In this document: piece after piece, positions 24,435 through 37,604 of the stretch
Numbering within the stretch: the stretch's first letter is position 1
Layout of the letters: each line of letters opens with the position of its first letter
Assembly (NCBI GenBank): GCA_030265395.1
Contig: JARFYF010000094.1
Coordinates: forward strand, 61,297,876-61,361,875
DNA: 64,000 nucleotides
Origin: Rhina ancylostomus
Lineage: Eukaryota
Reading direction: 5' to 3'
Made by a program: the position numbers and the translations under genes
Notes under the pieces: model-generated
What the model was told of the DNA's origin: nothing
Databases searched by the model: none
What the model saw: only the letters and a program-made list of their open reading frames with translations

Positions 24435-26699
24435 ACACACACAAAATGCTGAAGGAACTCAGCAGGTCAGGCAGCATCTATGGAGGGAAATGGACAGCCA
24501 ACCTTTCGGGCCGAGACCCTTCATCAGGACTGGAAAATAAGAGGGCAGAAGCCAGAATAACGTGAGGGGGAGGAGCATGAGCTGGTGGGTGATAGGTGAG
24601 TCCAGGTGAGAGGAGGAAGGTAGGTAGGTGGGTAATGGGGTAAAAAGGATTGATATNNNNNNNNNNGTGAAAAGCTGGGAGGTGATAGGTAGAAGAGGCA
24701 AAGAGCTGAAGAAGAAGGAGTCTGATAGGAGAGGACAGTAGCCTCCACCACCACCTTCCTCCATCGGGCAGAACTGGTACTCGCCTTCAACAACCTCTCT
24801 TTCAGTTCCTCCCACTTTCTCCAGACCAAAGGTGTAGCCATGGGCACTCGCATGGGTCCCAGCTATGCCTGCCTTTTCGTCGGTTACATGGAGCAATCCC
24901 TGTTCCAAACCTACACCGGTAATGCTCCCCAACTCTTTTCCCGCTACATTGACGACTGCATTGGGGCTGTTTCCTGCACCCGTGTGGAGCTCACCAACTT
25001 CACCTCCTACTTCCACCCCACCATCAAATTCACTTGGTCCTTCTCCAACACCTCTCTCCCTTTTTCTTGATCTCTCTGTCTCCATCTCTGGAGACAGATT
25101 ATCTACTGACATCTTTTACAAACCCACTGACTTCCACAGTTACATTGACCACACCTCTTCCCACCCTGTCACTTGAAAGGACANNNNNNNNNNNNNNNNN
25201 NNNNNNNNNNNNNNNNNNNNNNNNNNNNNNNNNNNNNNNNNNNNNNNNNNNNNNNNNNNNNNNNNNNNNNNNNNNNNNNNNNNGTCTCCATCTCTGGAGA
25301 CAGATTATCTACTGACATCTTTTACAAACCCACTGACTTCCACAGTTACCTTGACCACACCTCTTCCCACCCTGTCACTTGCAAGGACATTATTATTCTC
25401 AGTTCCTCTGTCTCTGCCACATCTGTTCTCATGATGAGGCTTTCCACTCCAGGACATCCGAGATGGACTCGTTTTTTTCAGAAGACCGGGTTTCCCATCC
25501 ACTACTATCAATGCAGCCCTCACCCGCATTTCCTGCATGTCTGCTCTGCCCCCCTCCACCAACAGGGATAGGGTTCCCCTTGTCCTCACCTACCATCCTA
25601 CAAGCCTCTGCGTCCAACACATCATTCTTCACAACTTCTGCCATCTCCAACAGGATGCCACCACCAGACACATCTTCCCCTCTCCGCTTTCCACAGGGAT
25701 CACTCTCTCTGCGACTCCCTTGTCCGCTTGTCCCTCCCCCCCCCCCATCAACCTCCAAGCACTTAACCCTGCAACTATGCAAAATATTACGCCTGCCTCT
25801 ACACCTCCACCCTCACCACTATTCAGAGCCCTAAACACTCCTTCTAGGTGAGGCAGAGCTTCACCTGTGAATCATCGGTGTCATTTATTGCATCTGGTGA
25901 GGCCTCCTCAACATCAATGAGACCCGGCACAGATTGGGGGATTACTTCGTCAAGCACCTTTGCTCCATCCACTGCCACAGCCAGGATCTCCTAATGGCCA
26001 GCACTTTTAGTTCCACTTCCTATTCCCATACTGACATGTCTGTCCACAGCCGCCTCTACTGCCACATTGAGGCCACACACAGGTTGGAGAAACAACACCT
26101 CATATTCAGTCTTGGTAGTCTCCAACCTGACGGCATTAACATNNNNNNNNNNNNNNNNNNNNNNNNNNNNNNNNNNNNNNNNNNNNNNNNNNNNNNNNNN
26201 NNNNNNNNNNNNNNNNNNNNNNNNNNNNNNNNNNNNNNNNNNNNNNNNNNNNNNNNNNNNNNNNNNNNNNNNNNNNNNNNNNNNNNNNNNNNNNNNNNNN
26301 NNNNNNNNNNNNNNNNNNNNNNNNNNNNNNNNNNNNNNNNNNNNNNNNNNNNNNNNNNNNNNNNNNNNNNNNNNNNNNNNNNNNNNNNNNNNNNNNNNNN
26401 NNNNNNNNNNNNNNNNNNNNNNNNNNNNNNNNNNNNNNNNNNNNNNNNNNNNNNNNNNNNNNNNNNNNNNNNNNNNNNNNNNNNNNNNNNNNNNNNNNNN
26501 NNNNNNNNNNNNNNNNNNNNNNNNNNNNNNNNNNNNNNNNNNNNNNNNNNNNNNNNNNNNNNCCCTCCCCCCTGCCCTTTTTTTCTGGCTTCTGCCCTCT
26601 TCCTTTCTAGTCCTGATGAAGGGTCTCAGCCTGAAACATCAACTGTTCATTTCCCTGCATAGATGCTGCTTGATCTGCTGAGTTCCTGCATTTTGTGTG
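24435..26699 (+). mobile_element. Penelope-like retroelement, decayed (RT and GIY-YIG remnants) with inverted terminal segment
   Basis: GVAMGTRMGPSYACLF, YIDD, FYKPTD motifs; endonuclease remnant about 25870-26140; 24435-24560 is an inverted copy of 26580-26699. Confidence 0.85.
26609..26645 (+). ncRNA. Minimal hammerhead ribozyme motif in the Penelope-like 3' terminus (inverted sister copy at 24495-24533)
   Basis: AGUC-CUGAUGA-agggucucagccu-GAAA-C-AUC-AACU. Confidence 0.55.
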
Positions 26700-26702
26700 C
26701 AT

Positions 26703-27394
26703 TGGAGTTCAGGTACATAGTTTCCTGAAAGTGGAGCCACAGGTATAGAGGGTGGTGAAGAATGCTTTTGGTATGCTGGCCTTCATCAATCAGGGCATGG
26801 AATATAGAAGTTGGGAGGTCGTGCAGTGGTTTTACAAGATGTTGGTGAGGCCACACTTGGAGTATTGTGTTCAGTTTTGGCCACCCTACTAGAGGAAAGA
26901 TATTATTAAACTGGAAAGAGTGCAGGAAATATTTACAAGGATGCTTCCAGGACTTGAGGGACTAAGTTAAAGGGAGAGATTGGACAGGCTAGGACTTTTT
27001 TCCTTGGAGCGCAGGAGAGTGAGAGGTGATCTTATTGAGGTGTATAAATTCATGAGGGACATAAATAGGGTCCATGCGCTAGTCTTTTTTCCTAAGGTTG
27101 GGGAATCAATAATTGTGGGCATAGATTTAAGGGGAATTTTAATAAGAACTTGAAGGGCAACTTTTTTGTCTTAGATAGTGATATGTATGTGGAATGAGCT
27201 GCCAGAAGAAGTGATTGAGGCAGATATAATAACAACTTTTAAAAGACAGTTTGACAGGTACGTGGATAGGAAAGGTTTAGAAGGATATGGGCCAAACACA
27301 GACAAATGGGACAAGTTTGGTTGGGGCATCTTGATCAGCGTGGATGAGTTGGGCTGAAGGGCCTGTTTCCATGCTGTATAACTCTGTGATTCTA
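26703..27394 (+). mobile_element. CR1 LINE 3' fragment
   Basis: LVRPHLEYCVQFW-type remnant (ttggtgaggccacacttggagtattgtgttcagttttgg) and CR1 tail. Confidence 0.85.
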
Positions 27395-27571
27395 TCACGT
27401 GCTTTCTGTGAACATTGCCTATCTCAGTTGCTGCAAGCAGTTGTGTTGTCTGGCCTTGAATTTATATTGCTTGACATTTCACGACTTAACTTCTCAGTCA
27501 TAGCCTTTTTTCCCATCCTTCTTTTCAGCTATGATCTATTTTGTGGGTAGAATTTACTCTAAATATATATA

Positions 27572-28116
27572 TGGTGACATGCAAAAGTTTGGGCACCCCT
27601 GGTCAAAATTTCTGTTACTGTGAATGGTTAAATGAGTGGAAGATGAACTAATCTCCAAAAGTCATAAGGTTAAAGATGAAACATTCTTCTCAACATTTTA
27701 AGCAAGATTAGTGTATTATTTTTGTTTTGTACAATTTCAGAATGAAAAAAGGAAAGGAGCACCATGCAAAAGTTTGGGCATCCCAAGAGATTTGAGCTCT
27801 CAGATAACTCGTACCAAGGTCTCNNNNNNNNNNNNNNNNNNNNNNNNNNNNNNNNNNNNNNNNNNNNNNNNNNNNNNNNNNNNNNNNNNNNNNNNNNNNN
27901 NNNNNNNNNNNNNNNNNNNNNNNCAGGCCCTTTTCCTTTTCTGTTATTCTGAGACTGTAAAAGATGGGAATAAAAAAGTAATCTTGCTTAAAATATTAAA
28001 GAAATGTGTCAGCTTTAACTTTTGTGCCTTTTGGAAATCAGGTAATCTTTTACTCGCTTAACTATTCACAGTAACAGAAATGTTGACCGGGGTGCCCAAA
28101 CTTTTGCATACCACTG
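27572..28116. mobile_element. Tc1-family DNA transposon (IR/DR type); interior is in a gap
   Basis: About 200-bp TIRs, TA on both sides, outer motif tgcaaaagtttgggca repeated near 27765. Confidence 0.88.
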
Positions 28117-28940
28117 TAGATTTGTTGTTGGAAGGTCATTAGTTCAAGACTGATATGTCAGCATGGCGTAGGTGGAATCAGCATGGTGTGGATGGAACCC
28201 ATTTGTAAAAGCATTCATTCAAATAGGTTTAGTGGTTTCTCCCTGTATATTGGCTGGCTTGTTCATTCAACAAACATTGCCATGACAGTTTTAATTTGCT
28301 TTGTATTAATTGCTGAATGCAGTTTCTCACTAACAAAATGATGAATTGATGCAAAGCTCTTGAGAGCATTCTATGAATGCCATGAGCATCATGAGAGAAC
28401 AAACCTGTATTTTGCTGAACTTCATTCTCATTACTTTCAATTTGCCAGTTAGCTTAAAAACTCAGTATGGAGTTGCACAATATTTGTGTTTATTTTTTAA
28501 TCTAGGTAAAAGAAATGTGTTTTGTAAAGGTGATGAAAGACATCATGTATATCAAGTAGGACATTGTATGTGCAGAACTACCAACCAGAATGGAGTCACT
28601 ATAAGAGGAGAACTAATGCTGGAGAAAACTGAATTTTGGGAATGGGAATGCAAGCATATACTTCTTATGTTCCTTTACTAGTATCATCATTTTCTACAAA
28701 CTTTCAACTCTAGTCCCTGGGAAATATCTGGATAAGATATTATTCCAAATATTGGTTTTGTTGTGGTATAACTTCTGGTACATAATTCAGCTGTTGTAGC
28801 AATTATTGAAGTCCATTCCATAAAGAGACTTCTCATCTATGTTGGTTTCCCTGAATGCAGTGCATGTATCTATGCCCTACCTCTAAATACCTTTTGTATG
28901 CTGTGAAAGGAATTAAACAACTGTTTTTGTTCTTTTGTAG

Positions 28941-28997
28941 TTCTGGTGGACAGACCCCTCGCAGAGATCTGGAGAAGGTGTTGACAGGAGAGGAGAA
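28941..28997 (+). CDS. IWS1: IWS1 exon (SGGQTPRRDLEKVLTGEE)
   Basis: tgtag/gtaagt boundaries; conserved sequence. Confidence 0.96.
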
Positions 28998-29246
28998 GTA
29001 AGTGATGAACAGATTGAACATTGGAGGAAAGCAATTATTGCATCTTGATTCAAAATTTGGAACTGTCATGTACCCGTCATTGCCGATACTGTTGCTGCTT
29101 TTTAAATAACTGAAATTAGGAAGGAGAATGAGTGTAGATGAAAAATATTTTTAAAAATTCAGTGTAAATCACTATCAAATACACAGATCTTCACAAATCC
29201 TCCACAAATCCTCAACTAACCTATCATTTGCATCTTTGAAATCTAG

Positions 29247-29358
29247 AGCACTTCGACCTGGTGATCCTGGATTCTGTGCAAGAGCCAGAGTACCATTGCC
29301 ATCAAACCGGGATTATGTTGTTAGACCAAAGTGGAATGTAGAAATCGAGGCGAGCAGG
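29247..29358 (+). CDS. IWS1: IWS1 exon ([37 protein letters not shown])
   Basis: tctag/gtgagt boundaries; ARVP and DYVVRP motifs. Confidence 0.97.
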
Positions 29359-32089
29359 GTGAGTAAGGAAGATTTGAGTTGGGTTGGTGATATGACTACC
29401 ATTTTTTTTAAAAAGTGTAAATTCCCAAAGGCAAAATCTTCCAGCAATGACAGTGAGTGTTAATCCACTACTGACTAAAATGGATTGACTTCGATCTTAT
29501 TTTTATATCTCAACTATACCAAATGAATCAATGGTAAGTTCTCTTCTGGACTTAACATGAATGAAAGTAGAAGTGACGATTCTGATTTGCTACCCACTGA
29601 AACTTGAAGTCAGATTGAGAAGGACTCTGTTGAAATCGGTAACATGATCAACTTTTTCAATACTTGTCTGCTGGGGTTGGATACGGAATAGGACTCATCT
29701 TCTTTCAGAACTAACCGTGGAATATATTTTGGCAGGTAATGAGACCAACCACAGGTTGAGCATATAAATAATAAATGTTGTCAGTGAAGGGTACTGGGTG
29801 TTCTGGTGATGTGTTACGTATATCCATAGGTATTACTGTTTTGTAATTTTGTCTGACAATGCCAAATCTATCTCTAGCAGTTTAGATATAAAACTATCCA
29901 AGTTGTCAATGTGCCTATGATGTTATTTGGTTCAAGCTGGCCATTTCACAAGTGCTGGAGAGTCTGGTCTCTGAATCTGCTTCTGGGAGCTTGAATCTCC
30001 AGGCCTTTGTGTCATAATGTACCTGCCAAATGAAAGTTCCAGCAAGAACATCCAGGCCTTTATGTCAGCAGGTACCTGACATGTGGAAGTCCAGTTCCAC
30101 CAGGACTCTTGAGCCACTGGACAGCTACACACTGGGAGGCTACTGACTGAGTGAGCCATTCATAGCTTGGTTTGTGACTCCAGAGAGGGATGGAAGGAAA
30201 TGAAATTTGTAAATGTTGTGTTTGCCTGTTTCATTTGCCCAGAATGCAAGACAATGAGACAATTTGGGCAATTGAATGAAAATAGAAGCTGATACATTTT
30301 TAAAATTCCCTCTTGATCTCAGGTGATTGACAGAAACGCTGGTGATATTTCTCTGCTGTTTTTTATTTATATATGCAGGTGGGTATGAGGCCACTCCGTA
30401 TCCCAAATAGACATGGCCAAGAACAGTAGTACATCATTGATTCCCATGTCAGTTACCTGTGAAACAAAGGAAGTTACATGATCATAATGTGCCAGAGCTG
30501 GTCATTTGGCTTCCCCAGCATGTTGATGATTTAGTGAGTGCTGAACTTGGTGATTCCTGAGTGTCATGTGTTGCAACTGCATTGTGAGCAAAGTCAGATC
30601 AGACAATCTGGCTTTTGTGACGATGGTAGAGTTTGGTTATGGATACTGGGGAGAGCTTTGTTCAATGCTGTGGGATCCAGCGTGTCCATCAGTTTAACTC
30701 TTCATTTAAAGCAAAAAGGAATTTCTTGGAACTGTAAAATTACTTATCCCATTGTATCTGTTGAAGCGGTTTATTTTGCATCATTTTCTCACATCTTTGT
30801 ATATTTTTTCAAGTTGGGATTGAAATATCTTGTCTTCAATCTCTTATAAGACACAATTAATATTGGTGGAGATGAAAGAGATTTTGACCAAGGACATACA
30901 CTCCCTTCTCAAGGTCATTCTTGTACAATTGCAGGATTTGCAACACCTATCTTTTTACCTTCTCCTTTTCCACCATCCAGGGCTCCAAAAATACTTTTCA
31001 TGTGAAACACTAATTCACTTGTACTACAGCCAATTTGTGTAGCCAATATAGGTGCTGCATTGAGAAAACCAAACACAAGTTGGATGACTTGTTTGACTGC
31101 AAGATATGGGATAGCATTTTATTTCAGGAATCTGAATATTGACATGGTTTTTCCACAGATGCTGCCTGACCATCTGAGTATTTCCAGCATTTGCAATATT
31201 TTGTTTTGGCCTCAGTACATTGTTGAGGATGCTGTCTTCCTAAGGAGCCTTCCTGGGGTCCAAGTTCTTCCACTCCTTGAGATGTAAAAGATGTGAATGA
31301 TTTCTTTACATTACTGGTTGTTTATCTTATTTCTGTTCATGACTTGCTATTTTCACAGTAACTTGTTATTTGCATCCTGTTTTGTGGCATCCTCATGATC
31401 ATGTGCTATATAAACTTTTTTCCCCACTCTTGTCTAAATCTTTTACAAAATTGTTATATTCTTTGTCTCAATAGCATTGCACACACATGCAATTAGAATG
31501 ACTACATTCTACTGATGATAATCAAGTCTACTTTATTCCTCAATTTTCATCTGGTAGAAGCAATTCATCAGCTTCTCAACAAAATTACATTTTATGTAAA
31601 CCTTTACTGGATTCTTCCCCTGCAGATGCAAATTCTCTATCTGATTAGCTTCAATATGAGGGTGCACAGGGAAGATAAACAATTAGACTTGTCTTTTGTA
31701 AATTTTGTTCAATTTCTGAAATTCATTCAAAAATGATTGTTTGCCTTTAAAACGGATTTTGTCCTCTGTGTTGTGAGTTCAGAGCTGCAAAAGCTCAGTG
31801 GTATTTGTAAAAAGGAGAGAAGAATCTTGGGAAGAGGTTAGAAATAAAAAGTCAGACTCTGATTCCCTGGCAGGTGTTGGGCTGCTTCCTGGATCTTGCT
31901 GTAGGAGCAGGATTCAAATCTTGAACATTATAGAACTACAAACTGAGCACTGTTGTAGGAAATCCTAGTGTGAGGGGAGAACTAAACTTTCTTACCAAAA
32001 GGAGATGGGAGTTTCCTTTGAGATGTGTACAGAATAAATAACAATAGCTGAGTTATGAAGTCATCAAACATGTTGAGGTGGCTATTTAA

Positions 32090-32850
32090 TGGGCTGTTTT
32101 TTATGAAATATGAATTTTTGGGATCTGGGTGTTACTGGCAGGGCCAGCATTTATTGTCTATCCTTTCCCCAGAGAAGGTGGTTTTGAGCTACCTCTTGAA
32201 TTGCTGCAATCCTTCCTGTGCTGTTAGGGAGGGAGCTCCAGATTTGGACCTGGGGACAATGCAGGATCAGCAACATATTTCCAGCTTGGGATGGTGTATG
32301 ATTTGGAAGGGAAACTGCAGGTGAAGATATTTCCCTGCACCCACTGCCCTTGTCTGTTTTCGTAATAGAGGTTGTGGGTTTGGGAGGTGCTGTCAGAGTA
32401 GCCTAGGTGAGTAATTGCAGAGCACTTTCTAAATGTTGCACACTACAGCCACTGTGCACCCATGGTGGAGGGAATAACTGTTTTGGATGGTTGATGAGGT
32501 ATTCTTCAAGTCGACTGCTTTGTCCTTAATGGTCTTGAGCTTCTTGGAAGTTTTTGAAGCTGCACTCATCCAGGCAAGTCAGCGGTATTCCATTTTGCTC
32601 TGGACTTGTGTCTCATTGATAGTGGAAAGGCTTTGGACTGTTATGTAAGTCACTTGNNNNNNNNNNCTGTGATCTGCTTTTGCAGCCATGGTGTTTAGCT
32701 GATATAATTGAGTTCTGATCAGTAATGACTGCCACATTGATGGTGGGGGGGACTCAGCAATGATAATATCATTGAATGTCAAGGGTGGGTGGATCGACTC
32801 TCCCTTGGCACTTTAGTAAGTGAACGTTACTTACTACTTATAAGCCCATG
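32090..32850 (-). mobile_element. Degenerate LINE 3' fragment
   Basis: Minus-strand ORF remnant (IQTYE..VQS..EY..LAWM-like) followed by a LINE-like tail; clade not determined. Confidence 0.5.
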
Positions 32851-34580
32851 ACTAAATGATTCAAATGCACGTAAGTGTAGTCCCCACTGCTTATGGTAAA
32901 TGGCCTCATGCAAATTAAATTTTGACATTATAAACATCGGGTGCAATAACATGGTAGCAACACATAGCTGAACTAATCATGCTGACAAACCCTAGACCTA
33001 ACCAAGGGCAACAAACACTGCTTCACCAACCTTATGAAAGTCACTGGATAACGTAAAGTAAGCTGCAAATTTTTTTTTCTCGCTCACTATTGATGACTTT
33101 TGATCCTGCAGCCAAGAGACATTTAAGGTATTTAGCTGTTAATGATCCTGAAATCCAGTATGATTAACAATATTATAATTTAAAGCACAATTGAGATACT
33201 TCTGCCCCAAATAAATGAAATGTTTAAGGCTGTAATCAAAAAGTGAAATTGATTAATGTGCATAACCAAGGTTCACCATTTTATGTGCTTTACTGTCCTC
33301 ATTCTGAAATCTGAGTATCTGTACCTGCCACCAGTCCTGGCCTTAATGCAGCTGGTCACACCACACTGGTTGGAGCATCTTAATTTTCTGCCTCAAAATT
33401 CAGACAATCACTTCATGTAGGTCACTCATGCCACTTCTCCCACTGCTTGAACTGTTTATTTCTTGAAGCTGTTGACTCAAATTTATCCTTTGTTTCACAA
33501 GCATCAATCATTCTCTATTATTTTGCGGGTGTTGGCATGCTGTTGAAATGTGATGATCTGGGGAGAGGATATTTCAGTTGAATGAATTTTGTCTTGATGG
33601 GCTGTTTCCAGCAGGTGAGATCAGGAAGCTTGATACAAATTTGGATTTGAACTTAGAAACTTCTTGTTCTATATTGTTCCATACCACGCTGAGCAGTGCA
33701 TTCACTCACTGACTTGAAGAAAGAGAGTTCAAATTTTAATTTACGGTTTAGTTATCAAGGTAGGCTAAGGATCGGAGTCTTTTAGGGAAGTGTAGATGAT
33801 GTGGTGATTTGTTTGAGATTTATAAGATGATTAAGGGAATAAATTGTTTAAATTGACAGTTTGTTCCAATTGAATAAATTAGGATCAGAATGATAATTTT
33901 AAATTGTGTAAGCCTGGATTTGGGTTAGATGATAAATGAAAGTTTCCTTTCCCCAGAGAATAATGGACCAATGGAAGTAACTGTCAGTATATGCACTAGA
34001 TTGCAAGGTTCCTTCATGGAAATTGGATCCATTTCCAGTTGTGGCAGAGAATTCAGAGCCTGAATGACATGGACTGGCTTTGATTGACACAGCTGGGTGG
34101 AAGGAGTGAAGGAGGACTCCCAGACTTTTTTCCAAAAAAATGTCTCCACATTTTTGATCTGACACTTCTCTTGTTGATCATCATATGTTATTAAGTGATC
34201 TGCAGGGTGTATACAGCATTGTAATGCACCCTGATGGTTTACTTATTAGGTCAAGTGGGAAGTTTTTATGCACTACTTGATCTGTAAAATAACTGAAAAT
34301 TTCCTGCATTAGTTGGAATGTTATCATTTTCAAAAAATCTAAAAGAAATTGTGTTCTTTTAAGAACACAGTGAAGCCTTGTTCTGAGACATTTCTTTTGC
34401 TCCAAGATCAGATATTAAGGAAATTTTTATGAAGATTTCCAGTTGTAACACTACAAACATTTCAGGTTGCTTAAGCTTAAAGGAGAGAATTTGATGAAGG
34501 GTCATCAGTATATACGGGGAAATACTGTACTTGTGCAAAGGGAACAGACATTTACTAATTTTCTGACTTGTCCCTCACAG

Positions 34581-34706
34581 GGAGCAGTAAAGAAAACATT
34601 GAATCGTCTTGACAAGCAAATGCGTCGATTTCAAGACATCAAAAAAATGACTAAATCGTCTCGGGCAGTAAAAATCAGCATTGAAGGCAATCGCATGCCT
34701 CTGTGA
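34581..34706 (+). CDS. IWS1: IWS1 last coding exon ([41 protein letters not shown])
   Basis: cacag acceptor; canonical [13 protein letters not shown] C-terminus; TGA stop. Confidence 0.97.
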   Translation, partial: GAVKKTLNRLDKQMRRFQDIKKMTKSSRAVKISIEGNRMPL

Positions 34707-35326
34707 TGTTTATTTATCAGTCACCTGGAGCTGGTGAATGTAGTGCAACAGCTTACGTACACAATTGTGCGCTCCTACCGTCCAGCCCAGTGGAATCAAC
34801 ATACCTCCTCTGCTCTCTTCTGTTTTCAAGCATTCTTTTCAAGTGATTTCTTTTTAAAGTCTTGAAATGGTGAACTAAAGTTATCTGTCATATCTGAGCC
34901 CCAGATATCCAGTCACTGTTTCTGACCACAGCATATTTGATAAACCCAGCCTACATATTAAATGGATGAGTTTACTTCACTGAAGACTGCATGTATAGAG
35001 GTTGAATAAACTCCTGTTACAAAATTACATAGGCGCCCGTGAACACAGCTGTCTGGCATTAAGCCAAGTTGTCCAAATAAGTGGAACCAGGGGAAAAAGG
35101 ACTTCATTAAATATAGACGTGTGCTGTGTTTGAACTTATGGCTTGAATCGTGTGTTGTCTCTGCGAGATCAGCACACATCTGGCATCGTTCTGGTCTTTA
35201 AATCTTTCAGTAAGCTCTCAGTCTGTAGGTCTGTAAGTGGATATCTTGTTAAAGGTTGGGCTNNNNNNNNNNACATAGATTGTGATGAAATATGTGACTG
35301 TAGACACAAGTTGTATTTTTTAAACA

Positions 35327-35332
35327 AATAAA
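35327..35332 (+). promoter_or_regulatory. Probable IWS1 polyadenylation signal
   Basis: AATAAA preceded by TGTA/T-rich sequence and followed by GT-rich sequence; a second AATAAA lies near 35005. Confidence 0.55.
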
Positions 35333-37053
35333 CCCCTCTTTGTAAAGGTTTGCACTTCTCAGGAGTTTGTGGTTAGATGTAGACATCACTGCCCTCACAC
35401 GCTTACTCATTTTTTTTGTGTGGTAATTGAAAATGACCTAATCAGAAAGTTGTCTTAATAGAATCATATCATGTAATCCCATTATTTTTGAAAAGGAGAA
35501 GCTGAGCAGAACTGTCATGACATCCTTGCTTGCCTGTTACAGAGAACTAATGTTCATTATTTCCAAGCATCACTCAAAGGATGCGGTCTTTTATAGGAAG
35601 CTGCAAACTAGGTAAGAAATAATAATGAGATTCTACAAGAGAAAGAAATAAGTAGTACTTAATTAAAAATCAAATTAGAAAGGAAATTATTTTGACTTTT
35701 GAAAGGAAGCAAATGGCACTGTGTTAATGAAGTGGGTAGGAGGGGATAGAATTAGGTTGAAGGCAGGGTGAGAGAGGTTTCTGGCTTCATGCGCAACCAA
35801 TTCTAGTGGGAATAAATGACAGTGGATCAATGGAAGGAGGGTTACAAGTATTTTAAAATGTATAGGTAGACAGTAAGTGTAATTTATAGCAGAGTCTCTC
35901 AGCATAACAGGTTTATTCTCTCAATGATTTGAAAAGATGCAAGATTTTGCCTATTTCAGAAAGTTCATTATAGTAACAAGTTTATTTTTAACCTCTNNNN
36001 NNNNNNAATGGTGTTTAACATGGTAAAGCCCATTTGGTAGGTGTTTTGGGTAAAGGAAGTTACTGCCATCCCATATGAGAAAATTTTTAAGGTGTGGCTG
36101 CCTCGAGGTCCTGGCTTAGAGTGAATGGAGGAGCTACGTCACTTGGAATGTGTGCCTCACGTCAAAGTTTGAACTGCTGGGACCTGTGACTGAGCAAGAT
36201 TGCTGATGTGTGTATTATCTTCCTGGATGTAGACCTATCAACAGTAGGTTGGGGATGATCAACTTATGAGGTGAGAAAATGTTCCTGCTCCCTAATGTTT
36301 GAGCACAGATAAAAGTTAAAAATGACCATTTCAAGAAAGAAATGACCAAAAGGTGATGCAGGAGATCCCAGTAACTAAAAATATATACAACTGAAAAGTT
36401 ACTGAACTTTAGGCATTGTTTTGCCTATCTTATCTAACTTTTGTGTTATGAAGGTGCTGGATTAATAGATGGTGGCTGTCACAACAGGGCAATTCAATTA
36501 TCAGCATTTACAAAGGAGTTTATTTATCAAGTATCCAGAACTGCATAAAATAATTAGTGCCAGATTGTTCACTGCCACATGAACTTCAAATCTATGACTG
36601 AATCAGGTTTTAACCAACAGCATCACTGAAGGCTATCCAACTTTGAGGGAAATTATTAATCAGAATTTATATAACTATTCTTTAATAAAAAGTTCAAATG
36701 TGATGATTGATGATTACTGTTGTGAGCTTCAGCCCTTTCATGCTACTGCTTCAGCCAAATGGTTGTGTTTTGTTTTAATCTATTGGTCATCAGACAACAC
36801 CAAATGAAAATATTGTAGCAATGGAACATTCACCATGAGTAATTTCTAGGCTAGAATATTACGAGCTGAAGCTTCTGTTAAGCAAAACTGCTAGTTTAGT
36901 TTAAGACCAGTTCCACTTAAAATCTTTTAAATTTGCTAATTTATTAGCTATTTGGTTTGGAGATCTGCTGTCCAGTGTCACAATGATTTTTCATTACCAG
37001 AGCTTATTATCCTTTCTCTGATGCGACTGTGGTGGTTGTTATAAATCAGTGTG

Positions 37054-37604
37054 TCAGTCATTGTGCTGTAATAAATTATCATGTATCCATGACAAGTAAC
37101 CTGGCACCCTAGTATATAGTCCATATTTTCCTTCTTTGGCACAGCCCTCGCCCCAACTAATCACGCCAGTCAGATACCACGTCTCTCGATACAAAACTGC
37201 ATACGGTCCCCCACTGTCCCCTCTACAGGAATCCTTGTACTCATCTGTGTAACCAGCACAGAACATATTATCTGTAATTTCCAACTTTGTTGATTTGATG
37301 CAAGTTGCCTGTTCAACGTAAGGAAGCTGCACTCTCCTCAAGAATCGGGAAGCCCGACCTCTTTCCTGGGTTACTCCCCAGCCACTTACCATTCCTACTT
37401 TCCCATCTTGCAGTAGGAGCTTGCCCAGGTTGTGATTGGGCAGGCAAATTGGAGCAACAGTAGAAGTAAAATTCACAGACTGATTCAAATACAAAAGGGC
37501 AATATCATTGTCATATGTTATTGGATCATACTGAGGGTGCGTCAGAATCTTCTTCAATAAAATGTTCTGTTCCCCGATCTCTGTTCGAAGTTTATCAAAT
37601 TCAC
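37054..37604 (-). CDS. Vitamin K-dependent serine protease, last exon (D102 in DNDIALL, S195 in DSCRGDSGGP)
   Basis: Open 551-bp exon, cccag acceptor, phase 1, trypsin-family motifs, TGA stop. Confidence 0.97.

Noticed and set aside
30378-30428. Possible alternative last exon of IWS1 (VGMRPLRIPNRHGQEQ*) after a good acceptor
   Set aside because: No similarity to known IWS1 C-termini; an acceptor alone is insufficient
33606-33620. Possible 3-nt micro-exon (ttccag-CAG-gtgaga)
   Set aside because: Weak polypyrimidine tract; expected by chance without RNA evidence
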